Below are positions 29,716 to 43,417 of a DNA stretch of 49,925 bases, one piece after another. The stretch's first letter is position 1. Each line of letters starts with the position of its first letter. The notes under the pieces are model-generated. The model was given only the letters and a program-made list of their open reading frames with translations, searched no databases and was not told where the DNA came from. A program made the translations under genes and the position numbers. Origin of the DNA: Fonticula alba ATCC 38817 (Eukaryota; Protista; Nucleariida); NCBI GenBank assembly GCA_000388065.2, contig KB932202.1. One strand, 5' to 3'.

Positions 29716-30140
29716 GAAGGTGCTGGCGCGGGTGTGTGGCAAAAAAAAAAAAAAAAAAGAAAGTCACCCACGCTCGCATGCCTCCCTCGAGTCGATGTCC
29801 TGAGCACCTGGACACAGCCGCCTTCGAGGGGGCGGAACATCATCGTGCGTGACTCCCCCAGTCGGAAGAAGGCGCCCCCCCCCCCCCTCCCCCCTGTCCA
29901 ACCTCCCTCTCTTTCCCTCTCCCTTCCTCCTTTCTTTCCGCTTTCCCCGTGTATTAGCTCGGCGGCCGGTGTGTATCCGGGCGCTCTATTTTTTTTTCTT
30001 TCCCCCCGGCTCTCTCCATGTACATTAGAAATGCATTATCAACTTTGCGTCAGGACGTGTTTTCTATTTATTACTTTTGTACAAGGAACAGACACAGGTG
30101 CCCTGTGTGTGGGTGTGTGCGCGCGGACACATGTGTCTGT

Positions 30141-30329
30141 TCAGGCCTTTGCCTTGGCGAGGTGCTATTTACGAAGCCCCATGTGGGAAGAAGGGGGGAC
30201 AGGAAGAGAAAGAGAGAGGCAGGGAGAGGGAGAGAACGACCAAAGAAACAAATGGGCGAGGTAAGCGGGCAAGGGTGTCGATTAGTTAATACCAAACGGC
30301 AGGAGAGCAGAGAGACTGAGACCGAGAGG

Positions 30330-30406
<77 letters not shown>

Positions 30407-30828
30407 AGAGGGGGGGGGGCGAGAGAGAAGGGACGGGGAGGATAGGGCGATCACGTACAATGGCTACCCGCTTGGCCCAAGGACGGATGGCGAAAACACC
30501 CAGCAGCCAAACGCCGAGAGCCGCGGCCAGGAAGGCATCTGGCTGCAGACCAAACATCTGCCGGAACTGCAAGATGCGGCCCCAGCTCCAGGTGCCAGTC
30601 TGGAAGACAGGGCTCCCATTGGCGGTCGAGGAGGCGAGTGGAAGCCAAGTCGCCATGGCTGCCGCGGCAGCCGCATATTGCCGAGTCCCGGTGAGTCGCT
30701 GGAGCAGAGCGACAAGACTGGTGAAAAGGGTGTTGGGGATGGTGCCGCCGAGGTTGGAGAAAGTGTTGAGAAGCTATGATTGGTCGGCATTTTTCATCGT
30801 GAACAGCAGGGAAACCAGCGGAAAGGGG

Positions 30829-30868
<40 letters not shown>

Positions 30869-31218
30869 CGAGGAGGAAGGGAGTTAGCCATATTGTATGT
30901 TTGCACATGCGTGGCCATGTGAGGGAGAGAGAGGGAAGGAAAAAAGACACAAACAGACACGCACGGTCAAGAAAGTCCCCCCGATCGCGGGGTCGGCGAT
31001 GCGACCAAAATAGATGGCTTGGGCGCTAAACTGAACGGAGGTGGCCACCGAGCCCAGGAGGCTGTGCAAATGGAGAAGGGCATTCAGGAGAAATGCCCCG
31101 GATTGACTGGGAGGGCCCATGGAGTAGGCCCCGATGGCTGGCGAATAGATCAAGTACAGGCCGATTGGGATGAGAACCAACTTGGCCGAGTATGCTCGCA
31201 TGTACTGCGTGCGCGCAC

Positions 31219-31270
<52 letters not shown>

Positions 31271-33321
31271 ATGGAAGGGAGTTAGAATCGGCGCCGCTGG
31301 AGGCGGGGCAACAATCGGATGCCATGCTTCACGAACGAGGTCTAGGGGGTTGCGCTTGGCATTCGAGGCGCTGTCCGGCCCAGAGGCGGATTGCGAGCAC
31401 CACCGCGCAGCCCACCAACTCGCCAGCAGCTGGGCCGGAAAGTGGACAACCGCCGCGGTGGCGAAGCGGGTGGTCGCGATGTCCCCGCGTGACACGAGAC
31501 GCGCAGACATGGTCCCCTCGGGCGCGTGTGCAAAGCGCGCCAGCAGCAGGAACAGGAGCAGGTGACGCATGTCTGAGAGCATGGCATCGCCCAACAGAAG
31601 AGAGCAAAAGCAGCGGCAGGGCAACCGGTCAGTCGAGGGGGAGAGGGAGGGCGACAGAGAGAGAAAGCCCAGCCAGGGCGCGTGCGCGCGTGCTTGATGT
31701 CAGTCGTACTGGGGGACTTGGTGATGTTCCAGATCTGCCGATAGGTGAAGAGCACCCCGCCCTGGGGGAGATCATCCGCGTCACGCTGGAGCAGGCCAAC
31801 AGGCAAAGGTCAGACGCGGGAAGGGGGAGTAGGAGGGGGTAGGAGGGCGCAGGAGGAGGGGGAGGGGGAGATGCTGCAGAAAGGAGGAAGGCATAGGCGT
31901 ACACCCCCCTCTGGCCAAATGGCCACGACCAGAGTCATGATGAGGCAGGCGACTGCCCAGAACCCGAGGTACCCCTCGAGGTCGGTGATGCCCTGTGTGA
32001 CCGGCGAGACTGGAGATGAAGAGCCGCCAGGCAACCATTGAAGGAGAGGCCGGACGTAGGTGTCCCTGTGCGGTGAAAGAGAGAGAGAGAGAGAGAGAGG
32101 TATGGATGTGGTTAACACACGTGTGCGCGCGTGCACCAGGAAGAGAGAGAGATAGAGAGAGAGGGAGAGGGAGAGAGAAGGAAAGAGGAAGAGGAACCAG
32201 GGGAGCTGGGGCGAGGAAAGGCGCCAATCAATGGGAGACATACGAAAAGCTGGCGCTCCTGAGGGCGAAGAAGATGGTGTACCCAGCGAAGGAGCCGGTT
32301 TGAAGACCGATGGTTTGGGCGAGCGCTGCATAGGCAAGGGTGGGGTTCTCCGCGACCTCGGGCTTTTCGGTGCACAGGTGCTCGGGCGGCGCTTCCGGCC
32401 TGGAAGCCGGGGCCGGGGGTGGAGCCTCGCTGGGGCTCGTCGAGGCAGGCAAGCCCGCGCTTCGGCGTTTGGTGGTGCACCCAGCACTGAGGGCCGGGCT
32501 GGCTGGGGCCAGGTCACAATCCCCGATCGTGTGAGGATCGACCTCCGCCCGGGGCGTCGGGGGGGCATCGGGCGTCGGCTGCCGGGTGCTCAGTAGGCTG
32601 AGCGCCCAGCCGTCAACCGCAACGTCCTGCGTGGCGGCTGCCGTGACGATGACCACTGCCACCAGGGTAAGTGGGACAATGGCCACCCCTCCGGGAGGGG
32701 CAGCGTCAGCCTGGAACGAGGCCACCGATCCCATCCACCGGGCAATGTATCGAGAGAGGACGAACAGGAAGATCGCCACGCACGCCTGGGCCGGCAGAAT
32801 CCAGGACTTCCGCCGGCCGACCGCTGGACAGCCGATGGACAGCCGATGGACAGCCGATGGAGTGGCATGGGGTGGGACGGGCGCATGGGTCAGTATGCCA
32901 GGCGGTCTTGTGGAGTGGCGCATCTGCCCGGGCGTACCCTTGGAAAAGACCGAGTCCACGATCGGGCTCCAGAAAAGTTTGAGAGAGTAGGGATACGATG
33001 CGGCGGCGTAAATGCTGAGTGCGGCAAAGTCCGTCGCCGCGCCGGCCTTCGGGTCGGTGGCCTTGAAAGACTCCAGCAGCAGGAAGGGGATGGACTGGAG
33101 AACGATGCCGAGAGGAACGCCCTGAATGGTGTCTTGAAGTGGGCAAGGGGGAAGGACGGATGTGAGCAAAAAAAAATGGCAAGCGAGCAGTGCGGAGGGT
33201 CTCCGGGGTGTGGGTACAGAGCCCAACACGCACACAGAAGCACCAACAGCCAAAAGCTTGCGCTGCCCTTGACCGTGCCGCTCTCACGGCGCCGGTGGAG
33301 GATCCGCGCCAGGAAGGACAT
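30141..33321 (-). CDS. SLC33A1: Acetyl-CoA transporter (SLC33A1/AT-1 family, MFS fold)
   Basis: The spliced product contains LLVLLYTIQGVPLGI, YPYSLKLFWSPIVD, GRRKSWILPAQ, AATQDVAVDGWALSLL, QTIGLQTGSFAG and ADPAIGGTFLTLLNTFSNLGG. The final micro-exon (HLAKAKA-stop at 30141) is tentative. Confidence 0.88.
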
Positions 33322-34161
33322 CGCGGCGGGGAGCTGGTCGGATCGAAATGTCGCCTTTTGTTGGGGGGGGGGNNNNNNNNNNNNNNNNNNNNNNNNNNNN
33401 NNNNNNNNNNNNNNNNNNGGGCGAACAGAACGGCGAAGGGAGCCGAAGGGAGGAGGCGCCGCTGTTATGTGCAGGGCATCCGACAGCGGCCGCCGTCGGA
33501 AGTGAGAGCCGCAGGCGGAAAGGGAGATGGGGACGTGGGGAGGGAGGGAGAGAGGGAGAAAGAAAGAAAAGCAAGGGGAGGATGGCACTGTGACAGCAGC
33601 GGGGGATGGGGGGAAAGCTGGCCAGATCGCCTGGCGCCAGAGGAGTGTGACGCAGGAGCCCCCTTTTGTCTGGGGGCCTCTTCCCGCCTCCTCGGGTCTA
33701 CCTGGAAGGACTGGGGCCGGGGCGGGCTAGAAGTGGGGGGGGAGGGGGGGGGGGGGGGGGGGAGCGCGCCCCTTCTCACCCATTTCCTTAGGATGCCGGG
33801 GGAGGGGGGAGCCTCCTGTACACTTGAAGATTGCTTACCATAGCGCGAGCTGATAATGCACCCGTAGGGAGAGAAAGCGAGAGGGGAGGACCCCACGTCC
33901 CCCCGGACGCCAGTGTCAGGGACCGGGAGGCGGGGATGTTTCCCGCGCGTCGTCGGCCCTCGCGCCGTCGGTCCCCCTGGGCCTCGACCTCCGCTTGCGG
34001 GGCCCGGAGGTGGGGGCGCGGACCTTGTCACGGCTGGCGCTGGGAAAGACGGCCAACACGGCCAAGACGGCCGAGGCACTTCGAGCAACTTCCAACCCAC
34101 GGGACTGCAGGTGGAGAGCGGGGATGAGCTCGGGGAGGGACACGGGCGGCCTGAGCGCGAG

Positions 34162-34207
<46 letters not shown>

Positions 34208-35127
34208 AGGGAGGCAGGAATATGCGCGAAGGCTAATATGGGTGGTGGCACGATCAACTGGCTCAATTGGGCACTGGGCGTGTGCCGGCACATGCACAGC
34301 CAATCGGACCTCTCGCTGGAGTCGCTGTCGGGCCCCGTCCCGATGCGGGTGAGCCTGCGCTATCGGCTGTATGCAAACGTCAGCTTGTGCGAGGCGAGTG
34401 GGTGGCAGGAATCGGGAGGGCTCATCGAGCGAAAGACAGCCACAGAGCGGGACAGAGAGCGACCCGAGAGAGATAGAGAGAGAGAGAGAGAGAGCCGGGG
34501 GAGGGGGAAACAACGCCAGCCAGACATGCACGCGCGGCCGAAGACAGGAGAGATCTCCGAGACGGCTGGGCGAAACACCCAGCCGGAGGGGCTCCCGATA
34601 CTAATGGCCGCGGAAAAACAAAGCCCAGCTCCACACGGACGTGCCGCGGAGGCCATGTCATGTGGTCGGAATGCACATGGCCCGCCTACATCGTCGTGAC
34701 ATGCGCAGCCCCGCGATCTCGCGCCATCTCGGCACCGGTCCAAGCTCCCCCTCTCTCCACCGCCCGCACTCCTGGGGACCTCCGGTCCTAGAGGGAGAGA
34801 CCAATCGATGCCCCCCCCCCCCCCCCCCCCAGGATGTGGCCCAGAACGTGTCTCGGCGGCCGGCCCCTCCTCATTCGGCAGCCCCTTCTCCCCGGGACAA
34901 CGAGGGCAGGGAGATTGGCCACCGCCTTGAAAGCAGGCATCAGGACTCCTCCCTACTGCCCTGCCTCCTTGCTCCACACACCCCCCCCCCTGTACACCAC
35001 CTTGCATCCTTTCCTGCGCGTGACGGCTGTCCCATCCCCCGGGCGTCCCCCCTTTTTCGCACACCACCCACACTCTCTTTCGCATCGTCGCCACTCAGAC
35101 ACACTAGGAAGGAACTCTCCCCGCAAT

Positions 35128-35568
35128 ATGTCGGCCATACTTGCAGGCATCTCCACTGGTACGCCTTTCGCCCTTCGTCTCGAGGAGGAGCTAGAGCCTC
35201 TTGCAAGACTCCCCTCCCCCCCCCCCCCCCCCCCCACGCACACACGCACACACGCCGTCCAACTACTCGCCTTCTGACATCACCGGTCTCAGCGCTCGGC
35301 GTTCACTTTGCTCTCAAGGTCCGGCAGCGCGAGCTTGCCCAGCACGGCACCCGGGTATGTTTCAACTCGATCGGCCTCCCACACGCCCATGCGGTGTTAC
35401 TCACTCCTCGCTCTGTAGAGTCTCCCTGTGTTCGCTCGAAATGTGGCCCTCTTTTCGGCGGCCACCTTCACGGCGGGTTACTTTGGCATCAAGATTTTGA
35501 ACAAGCTCCTGATGTCCCGGCACTCCTTCAAGACAAATGACACCGACAGCTTCCCCTCCGATGAGTAG
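35128..35568 (+). CDS. Putative 80-aa orphan microprotein with two hydrophobic segments, 3 exons
   Basis: Exons 35128-35158, 35293-35354 and 35419-35568, with introns GTACGC..CAG (134 nt) and GTATGT..TAG (64 nt), join in frame with matching phases. Product: MSAILAGISTALGVHFALKVRQRELAQHGTRSLPVFARNVALFSAATFTAGYFGIKILNKLLMSRHSFKTNDTDSFPSDE. The ATG-TCG start and the donor types match the other genes here. Confidence 0.68.
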
Positions 35569-36301
35569 GGAAGCCCGTATGTCGTCCCCGTTGCTCTGTC
35601 CCGTGTCCGCCGCCCCCTTCGGCTGGCGGACGGTGCGGGGCAACGGATATACACCCACGCCTGGTGTGCAGGTGCAAAATGCGAGAAAAAATAGACATAA
35701 AATCACCCTTTCAACGCACCACCTCCCCCCTCCCATCCCGGTGTCTTGCAACCCCCCCCCCCCGCACGTAAAAGAACACACCAATGAGACATTATGTATA
35801 TATATTTTTGGACGATTGAGATAGGGGGGGGGGAGCGCGCCCTGCGACATGTGCGGCGTCCCGATTTCTGCCCTCACCCACCCCTCGCTCCACCTGTGCA
35901 CATGTGTGGACAGACTTCGAGGCAGGGAGAGGGAGGGGCGGCGGAGACACACGCAGGCGCAGCGGGAGAGGAGGGAGAGGGGGGGAACGGGGACAGGGCG
36001 AGGAAAAGGACAACAAGGAGTATCAAAGGTTGGCTTAAAGAGGGAGAGGGGAGGAGGGGCAAAGGAGGGAGGAAAGAAGCAGATGGGGGGCACACCGGCG
36101 GCACGCACGTGCGCCACCGCCACCACCGCCGCCGCCGCCGCCCGCGCCCCCCGCCTCACCCCCAGTTTAATGTATGGGACAAGTACTACTGGACAGGGGG
36201 GGGGGGAGAGAGAAAGGAGGGGAAAGGAAGGCGGCTGCTGGAAGCGCGCATAGATCTCAGGGGGGGGGGGAAGCGAGAAAGACAACACCACACCCGCGCA
36301 C

Positions 36302-38758
36302 TTAGTGACGGTTGCCGTGAGAGGAGGAGGAGCCCTGGCTGCCGTTGGCGGCGCCAGCACCAGCACGCAGGGTGGTGGTGTTGATGTTGACCGAGAGGAG
36401 CTGCTCATCCAGGGAGGAGATCTGGCGCAGGAAGTACTGCGAGTGGTTGGCCGCCGGCTTGACCTCGCTGATGTGGACGATGTCGTCGATGACATGGAAG
36501 TCCACATCGGAGTAGGAGACGGTGGAGCCCTGGGTGCTGCGGGTCTTGTGCTTGTAGTTCAGCAGGTAGGAGCGGACCTCCGACTCGTCGGCCTCGAGGA
36601 AGGAGGCCAGCTTGGAGATGGTCAGGGAGGTGTACAGGCGCAGGTAGCTGCGGACCTTCGGCACGAGGAGCTGCTGGCGGATGTCGCGCATGAACATGCG
36701 CTGGGGGATGGACACCTCGACCTGCTTGCTGGCCATGGCGGCCATGGCCTGCTCCGGGGTGGGCAGGATGTAGGTGATGAAGCGGGGGCTGGCGTTCTTG
36801 AACCACTCCTCGAAGACCTTCTCGTTACNNNNNNNNNNNNNNNNNNNNNNNNNNNNNNNNNNNNNNNNNNNNNNNNNNNNNNNNNNNNNNNNNNNNNNNN
36901 NNNNNNNNNNNNNNNNNNNNNNNNNNNNNNNNNNNNNNNNNNNNNNNNNNNNNNNNNNNNNNNNNNNNNNNNNNNCAGTGGCGCTGGTCGGCACCGAGAG
37001 GAAGGGCGGGCCCAGGAGAGAGGGAGGGAGGGAGGGAGGGGAAAATGAGGAGCTCAGAGCGCGGCGCACCCCTGGGCAGCAAGCTGCAGGTTCTTGTCCT
37101 GGTGCTTGGACAGGTCCTTGGCGATGGCCTCGTCCAGGGCATAGCGCGGCGGGCAGAGGGTCACGCAGATGGCAAGCAGGGTGACCATCTGGGCGGAGTT
37201 CTTGTGGATGGCATCCTGCAGGTAGTGGGGCATGTGCTGGAGGTCGGCCTTGGTGATGAAAAAGAGGATGTCGGTGAAGGTGGAAGCGGCCTCGCTGTAG
37301 CGGCGCAGCATGACCTGGCAGAAGCCCACATGGTAGAAGAGCGACACGCGGCAGGGGATGATCCGGTTGTAGAAGGCAGTCTTGCTGAACTGGATGTTCT
37401 TGACCATCTCCAGGGCGTAGTGGAAGTCACCAAGCAGGCAGTTGATGCGGAGCAGGCCGATGAGCGAGAAGTAGCCGAGGTTGCGGTAGAGGAGGATGGA
37501 GCCGAACTCGCCGGCGACCTCGCTGCGGGCGAAACAACCGAGGAAAGGGGCAAAGGGGCGAGGGGGGGGGGGGATGGTGAGAAGGGCACGAAGGCAAGGA
37601 CCAGATGCGGGGGGAAGGGGAGGGGAGGGGGCGCGCGGGTAAAACCAAGAGCCGGGGCAGGAGGGGACGCACGACTCGTCCTGGTCGTTGCTGGCGGCGA
37701 TCAGGATCTCGTTGATGTTCGACTGCTGAACCAGGTACTGGAAGAGGGAGATGATGATCTTGACGTCCCAAACGTGGGGGTTGGCGTGGATGCGCTCGAC
37801 GTCGGCCGCGGGGATGGGCTTGGTCGGGCTGCGGCGGTAGGCGACATACTTGCCGAACTGGTAGATCAGCTCATCGACCATGTCCCACAGCCACTGGATG
37901 GGGATATCAGTGGTGATCGGGGTCTCGGCCTCTGCATAGGGGAAAGACCAGGTGGGTGACAGCGGTGGGGAGCGGTGTGAATGGAGCGTGTGAGGGCCGG
38001 CACGGGGGAGGGAGGGGGAGAGAGACAGAGACAGAAGGGGCGGGGGGGGGGGGGCGCGTAGGGAGCCAGAGCCAGATGCCCGAGCTGCCCGAGCTGCCCG
38101 AGGGCCGGCGACGCACGAGTGATGAAGTTGAAAAGGTTGACGTAGTTGTCGTAGGAGCCGATGCTCTGCTCCAGGGTGGGCTGGGAGTTGGCATAGATGT
38201 GGCGGAAGTAGAGCTCCTTGTAGAGGATCAGGAAGAACTCGTCTGGCAGGCAGGAAGCACGCGGGCCGGTTAGGAAAGGGCAGGGGGGTGCGCAAGGGCC
38301 GGGGGGGGGGGGAGAGAGAGAGAGAGGGGGGGAAGCAGCGGCGGGCCGGGGCGCACCGTTGTTGACGAGGCTGGCGATCTCCTCGGCGGCGGGCCAGGTG
38401 CTCTTGGCAAAGTGACGCTTGGAGAGGGCGCTGAACTTCATGGTGTAACAGCGCTGCAGCTCCGGGTTGTTGTTCGAGCGGTAGGCATTGTAGAAGTGGG
38501 TAATGAACGAGAGGACCGACGGATCAATGCCGACGCTGGTGGGGACCTTGGACTGCTCGGAGTCAGAGTGAACGGCCACTGTGTTGGTGTGCGCGTGTGC
38601 GCGTGTGCGCGTGATGCATAGGCGTCCAGGGGAGGGGGATGCATGCGCGAGGGGCGCGGGAACATGGTCAGCGGGAGGGGAGCGGAGAGGGGAGTAGCCA
38701 GATTAGAGCCACACGAACCGTCACTGTCGTAGTCGTTGTCGTAGTGGGGGTTGGACAT
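36302..38758 (-). CDS. EIF3L: Eukaryotic translation initiation factor 3 subunit L, 6 exons
   Basis: FSALSKRHFAKSTWP, DEFFLILYKELYFRHIY, SYDNYVNLFNFI, QWLWDMVDELIYQF, LGYFSLIGLLRINCLLGDF, VGFCQVMLRRYSEA, ASPRFI and VRSYLRLYTSLTISKLASFL (PCI region). An N-gap lies in the last intron. Confidence 0.96.
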
Positions 38759-41174
38759 GATGACAGGGGGAGGGGGCTGAGGAAGGGTCTGCTCCGGGCG
38801 GGTGAGAGCATAGGGGGAAGGCGTTAGCAATGGCGGCAATCGGCGGGGGAGGCCCCATGCAAGAGAAGGACAGGCGGCAGACGAGGGGGGAGGGAGGGAG
38901 GGGAGGCCACCGCGTGGTGATGTCGCCAGGCCGGGCAGGTCGCGACGTCAAACACAGCGCGAGAGGGGGGGGGGGCGGGCGGGCGAGGGGCAGAGGAGGC
39001 GGAAGAGCCGCAGGCAAGGGGGGACGCAGGGCCGGGACCCGGAGCAGCCCTTGACATAGTGGGTCCATAGGGCACAGACCGGTGGGGGCAACTGGCGCCA
39101 GGAACATGACGCGGGCGAGACACGAAGAGGCGAGGCACATGGGCGGGCGAAGCGGGGGAGGGGGGAGGGGCGATCGGGAGCGAGAAGAGGAGAGGGGGAG
39201 GGAGGAACCTTGACAGGGAGAGGCAATCAAGAGTCACAGCGGGAGGGGGGGCAATCCCACGGGGGTAGGGGGGGGAGGGGCGCGCTAAAAATGAGAACGC
39301 GCCCGGAAGAAACCCCTCCATGGCCACCTGGGGGGGGGGGGGGGGGGGGGGGCGGGGAGCGGGACCATGCCCGGGTTCCCGCGAGCATGCCGGCAGGCGG
39401 GGGGCGNNNNNNNNNNNNNNNNNNNNNNNNNNNNNNNNNNNNNNNNNNNNNNNNNNNNNNNNNNNNNNNNNNNNNNNNNNNNNNNNNNNNNNNNNNNNNN
39501 NNNNNNNNNNNNNNNNNNNNNNNNNNNNNNNNNNNNNNNNNNNNNNNNNNNNNNNNNNNNNNNNNNNNNNNNNNNNNNNNNNNNNCCCCCCCCCCCCCCA
39601 CAGAGCCTAGAGACCAAGAAGGGCGTGAACCGTGCCCTCAGCCCCCTCGGCCCCCACCTCCCTCGCCCCTGCTCCCACCATTTCTACTGGCCCCATATCA
39701 TCCGCAGGGGGAGGGGAAGGACCGGCCGAGCATGGAAGGGGGAGATGCGCACACGAGGGAAGGATGCGAGCCCGGCCCCTCTGCTGGTGCGTTACTTCGT
39801 AGGTTGCGCGAGACACCACTCACCCACATGCGGGCGCACGCGCACGCGCACAAGGGAGCAGCATGTCAGGTGCACGGTAGAGACCCCCACTGCCACCGCC
39901 GCATGGGGGGGGGGGGGGGGGCCGGGGGGACGGCCTCTGCTTTGGGAGACGCGACCGCCCCGTTTCCCCCTTTGCCAGTTTCTCAGCCGGGGCGGGGGGG
40001 GGGATCCACAAGGGGGGAGATGGGGAGGGCCGGCGGGGCGGCGGTGCCTGGAAAGTGCTCCCGCCGCCCGGACGGGGCAAAAAAGGACGGTGTTCCATCA
40101 GGCCCTCCAAGGCAGGAGAGGAGCCACACGGAGAGATGGTTGTCCGTTCGGAGGCCTCCCCCAGCGAGCCAGGCAGCCGCGGACCTCGGTTGGGTTTAGG
40201 TCCGGCTCTCTGGCGTGATTTCTTCGGGTCCGTGACATGGGATCCCACGTGCCTGGACCCTGGATTGTCGCCTCGGGGCCGAGCCACGCTGGTCGTCGTT
40301 CCGTTGTGTATTTTACGTAATAATAATGCCCCATATGCGGCTATTTTCGCCGCGGGGGACATTGTGCTGGCAGAAAAAAAAAAGGCCCCCGGAGAGTCCG
40401 CTCTGTCCCTTCTCTGCCCCGGACGCGCAGGCACACCCAAACTCCACTCGCCGCTGATGGGACGATATGTCTCCCGTGCTGTTGGGCGCCTCCATATTCG
40501 CCCGACCCCGCACGGCTCGGTGGCCGCGGTGTGGGCACCAGTCAATCGCCTCTTGCTTTTGCACCGCCAGGCCTCTCCTGGGGGAGGGGGGGTGGGGAGG
40601 AGGGACACATCACAGAAGAGGGGCGTCAACTGGCGCGGGCCGGACCCACGCGTCTTTGGCTCTCCTCGGGGCCACCCCCGGCGGCGTCAGCCTTCGGTGA
40701 GAGTTGTTTCCCCTGTTCGGCGCCCCCTCCCCCTTGTCCCTGCGCCCGCGCGCGCCCCTTTTTGTGGGGCCTTCGGAGATGCCTCGTAGGAGGGCCGTGT
40801 GCCGCTGGAGAGCTGGATTTGCACGGCGTTGAGGTGCCCCGACCCATGACCCGGGCGTATCCTGCCCGCGCCGCCTGTGGCCGTGTCAATGACGATCTAC
40901 CGGGGGGGGGGGGGGGGGGGGGAAAGCAGGACCGTGTTCTTACTCCCTGCCTTGGGCTTCTCTCGTACTCCTGCGCCCACCTGCCCCCGGCCCGGCCGCC
41001 GGGCGTATTCCCCCCCCGCTCGGCGGACATTCCTCCCAGAAGGCACTGTGGGCCGGCCATTCTCCAGGCATGTGGATGCACGAAGGAACGCGTAGGCGCG
41101 CGTGCCGGCTTGTCCTTTGTCCGAGGCCTGTGTTGCTGTGCGCAGGGTGCGTCAGCCCCCCCCCCCTCCACCCG

Positions 41175-41188
41175 CGGTGCCCGGGGGG

Positions 41189-41222
<34 letters not shown>

Positions 41223-41368
41223 CGCGCCCGGGGCTTTTTTGGGACATGGGGGGGGGGGGGTGGGGGGGGGGGGCCCCGGAGGGGGGGGCGGGGGGGGGGC
41301 CGGGGGGGGGTTGGGGGGGTGGGGGGGGGATTTTTATCCCCCCCTTCCCCCGGGGGGTGCCGGGGGGG

Positions 41369-41428
<60 letters not shown>

Positions 41429-41430
41429 CG
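41175..41430. repeat. Interrupted poly-G tract, low complexity and probably of low sequence quality
   Basis: About 250 nt of near-continuous G with scattered interruptions. Confidence 0.8.
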
Positions 41431-43417
41431 GCACTCTTCTCTGGGCGTGGGGGGGTGGTGAGGAGCGGGGGGTTGGTGAGGTTGGGCCGGGTCTGTGGCG
41501 GCGGGGGGGGGGACGACCCGGTTCTTTGGCCGGATCAAAATCCTCCCATGCCAGGGGGAGAGGGGGGCGGCAGCGGGGCCATCGTGCCAGGGGGAGAGGG
41601 CCTTCTGTCTTAACCACCCCTCCCTTTGTTGTCGCGGCTCTCCTGCCCTCGATCAGGCCGTGCTTCTGGCGTGGCCGGCCCCCCCCCCCACCCCCCTCTG
41701 CTGGACACCAGGAACAGCTTGGTGTCCTTGCCCAGCCCGCCCCGCTTGCCAGCGAGCCCGCGCGAGGTGTGAGCCGGCAATGGAATTTGCCCTGCGCATT
41801 CCCATCGGTCCACATTCCGGCACACCCCCGGGGCTTGTGTATCGGGCACCCTTTTTTTTCCCCCCCCCCCCCCCCCCCGGAGAGATTTCTCCCCAGAGTC
41901 CTCCCCGCCGGGATGGTGCGCATGCGACCGTGGGCCCGAAGCCTGTGCCGCGTCGTAGAGCATCCGGAGAACAGGCCCGCCGGCGGGGGGAGAGGGGGGG
42001 GAGGCGGAGACCCGCCTTCGGGCGTCGCCCTTACGCGCGCACCACGCCGGGATACGCGGGGGAAATCTCGATTACCCTCGGCCCGGCATTCGGCCCAATC
42101 ATTTGCGCCGCCCACACCGGACACCTGGCCCCGCCGGACCGGGTTTCCGCCCAGGCCAGCTTGCCGGGAGAGTCGGCCGGGTCCCGGGCCGGGGACGCGG
42201 AACACCTCGCACTCTGTGGGCGCGCCGGCGTCCGGGCGAAGGGGTGGACGCACGCGGATCTTCCCTCCGGCGGCGGGGCCGGGCGCCCGGCGCCAAGGGG
42301 GCGCACCCCGCTCGACCGACCACCCCGCCGGGGCATCATGTTGACGTTTGAGCCCGGCCAAGCCCCCGGGCCCGGACGCGCCTTCACTTGCGGCCGAGCG
42401 TCGGTCCATGCCGCCAGCCGAATGCTCCCCGGATGCAGCCCACGCCGCCGGGCCGGAGATATTGGCAAAGGCAATTTGCCAGGCACATTCCCCGCCTCGC
42501 ATGCGTCCATGACCTCGTCCCGCCCCCCTCCCCCCCGCCCCACCCAACGGCCCGTGTGTCTTGCTGGCGCTCGCGGCCCTTGGGGCCTCGCGCCCCGTGT
42601 GCTACTCGTGCCTGTGTCCTTGTCGCGCGGTGCGCCCGCCCTGGTGACTGGGCCTCCGCGCGAGCCTGGGCGCGGCCGGGCGCCAGGGCCTCTCTTCCCC
42701 CGTGGTGTGTGTGCGTGTGTGTGTGTGCGTGTGTGTGTGTGTGTGTGCGCCATCCGTCGCGCGCATCGACCGCCCCTCGCAGCTGTACACAGCACGCACC
42801 CATGCCTTGTGCATGGACGGCGAAATGCGGCCCTTTGGCCCGGGAATCCCCCGTGCGGTGGGGCCCTTTTGGCGGGATTGTTTCCTCCCGCCGCCGCCCT
42901 CCTCCCCCTCGTCCGTCGTCGGCTCTCTGCCAGGCTTTCCGGACGGTCGCCAGGGCTGGCCAAACCGCCGGGCATGTGCAGGCGAAGGCTGCCCCCATGG
43001 CGTGCGGGTGAGGGCTGCTCCTTGCCCTGCGCGACGGCGTCCTTCGGCCCCATCCCCCCTCCCCCTCGGCCCGGTCCCGGGCATTGGCCGGCGTCCGGTT
43101 CAGGGGGGGGGGGCAGGGCAGGGCGCACACAATGCAGCCAGCATGCGCGCCCGGTCGAGGAGACGCGCCTCGCGTCGGGGAGGGCGATCGCACCCCCGGG
43201 GGAGGGGGCGGTTTTTGCGCCACGCCTGTGACCGGGCCCCCGGCCCGCCGGGGGGCCCGCCTCACCTTACTTTTTCCAGACACCGGCACACGGCCTCTTC
43301 CTCCTTCCCCCGACTGCCCGTCTGCCCGCCCCCCTCTCTCTCCCCCTCCTCCCGCGCTCCTCCCCCCTCCCCCGCCCCTTCCCCCGCCGCCTTCTGCCCC
43401 CTGCCACACCCATAGCC

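Noticed and set aside
33900-34700. Non-repetitive, exon-like blocks between (GA)n runs upstream of SLC33A1, and the 153-aa plus ORF MGGGTINWLNWALG...
   Set aside because: I could not build a phase-consistent spliced ORF or recognise a motif. The strand skew suggests a minus-strand leader. This is unresolved without RNA-seq.
39900-40800. A 244-aa plus ORF (40055-40789) and an AT-rich patch at about 40300-40385 between EIF3L and myosin
   Set aside because: There is no domain signal or codon pattern like the real genes. It is more likely promoter DNA, and no ncRNA motif was recognised.
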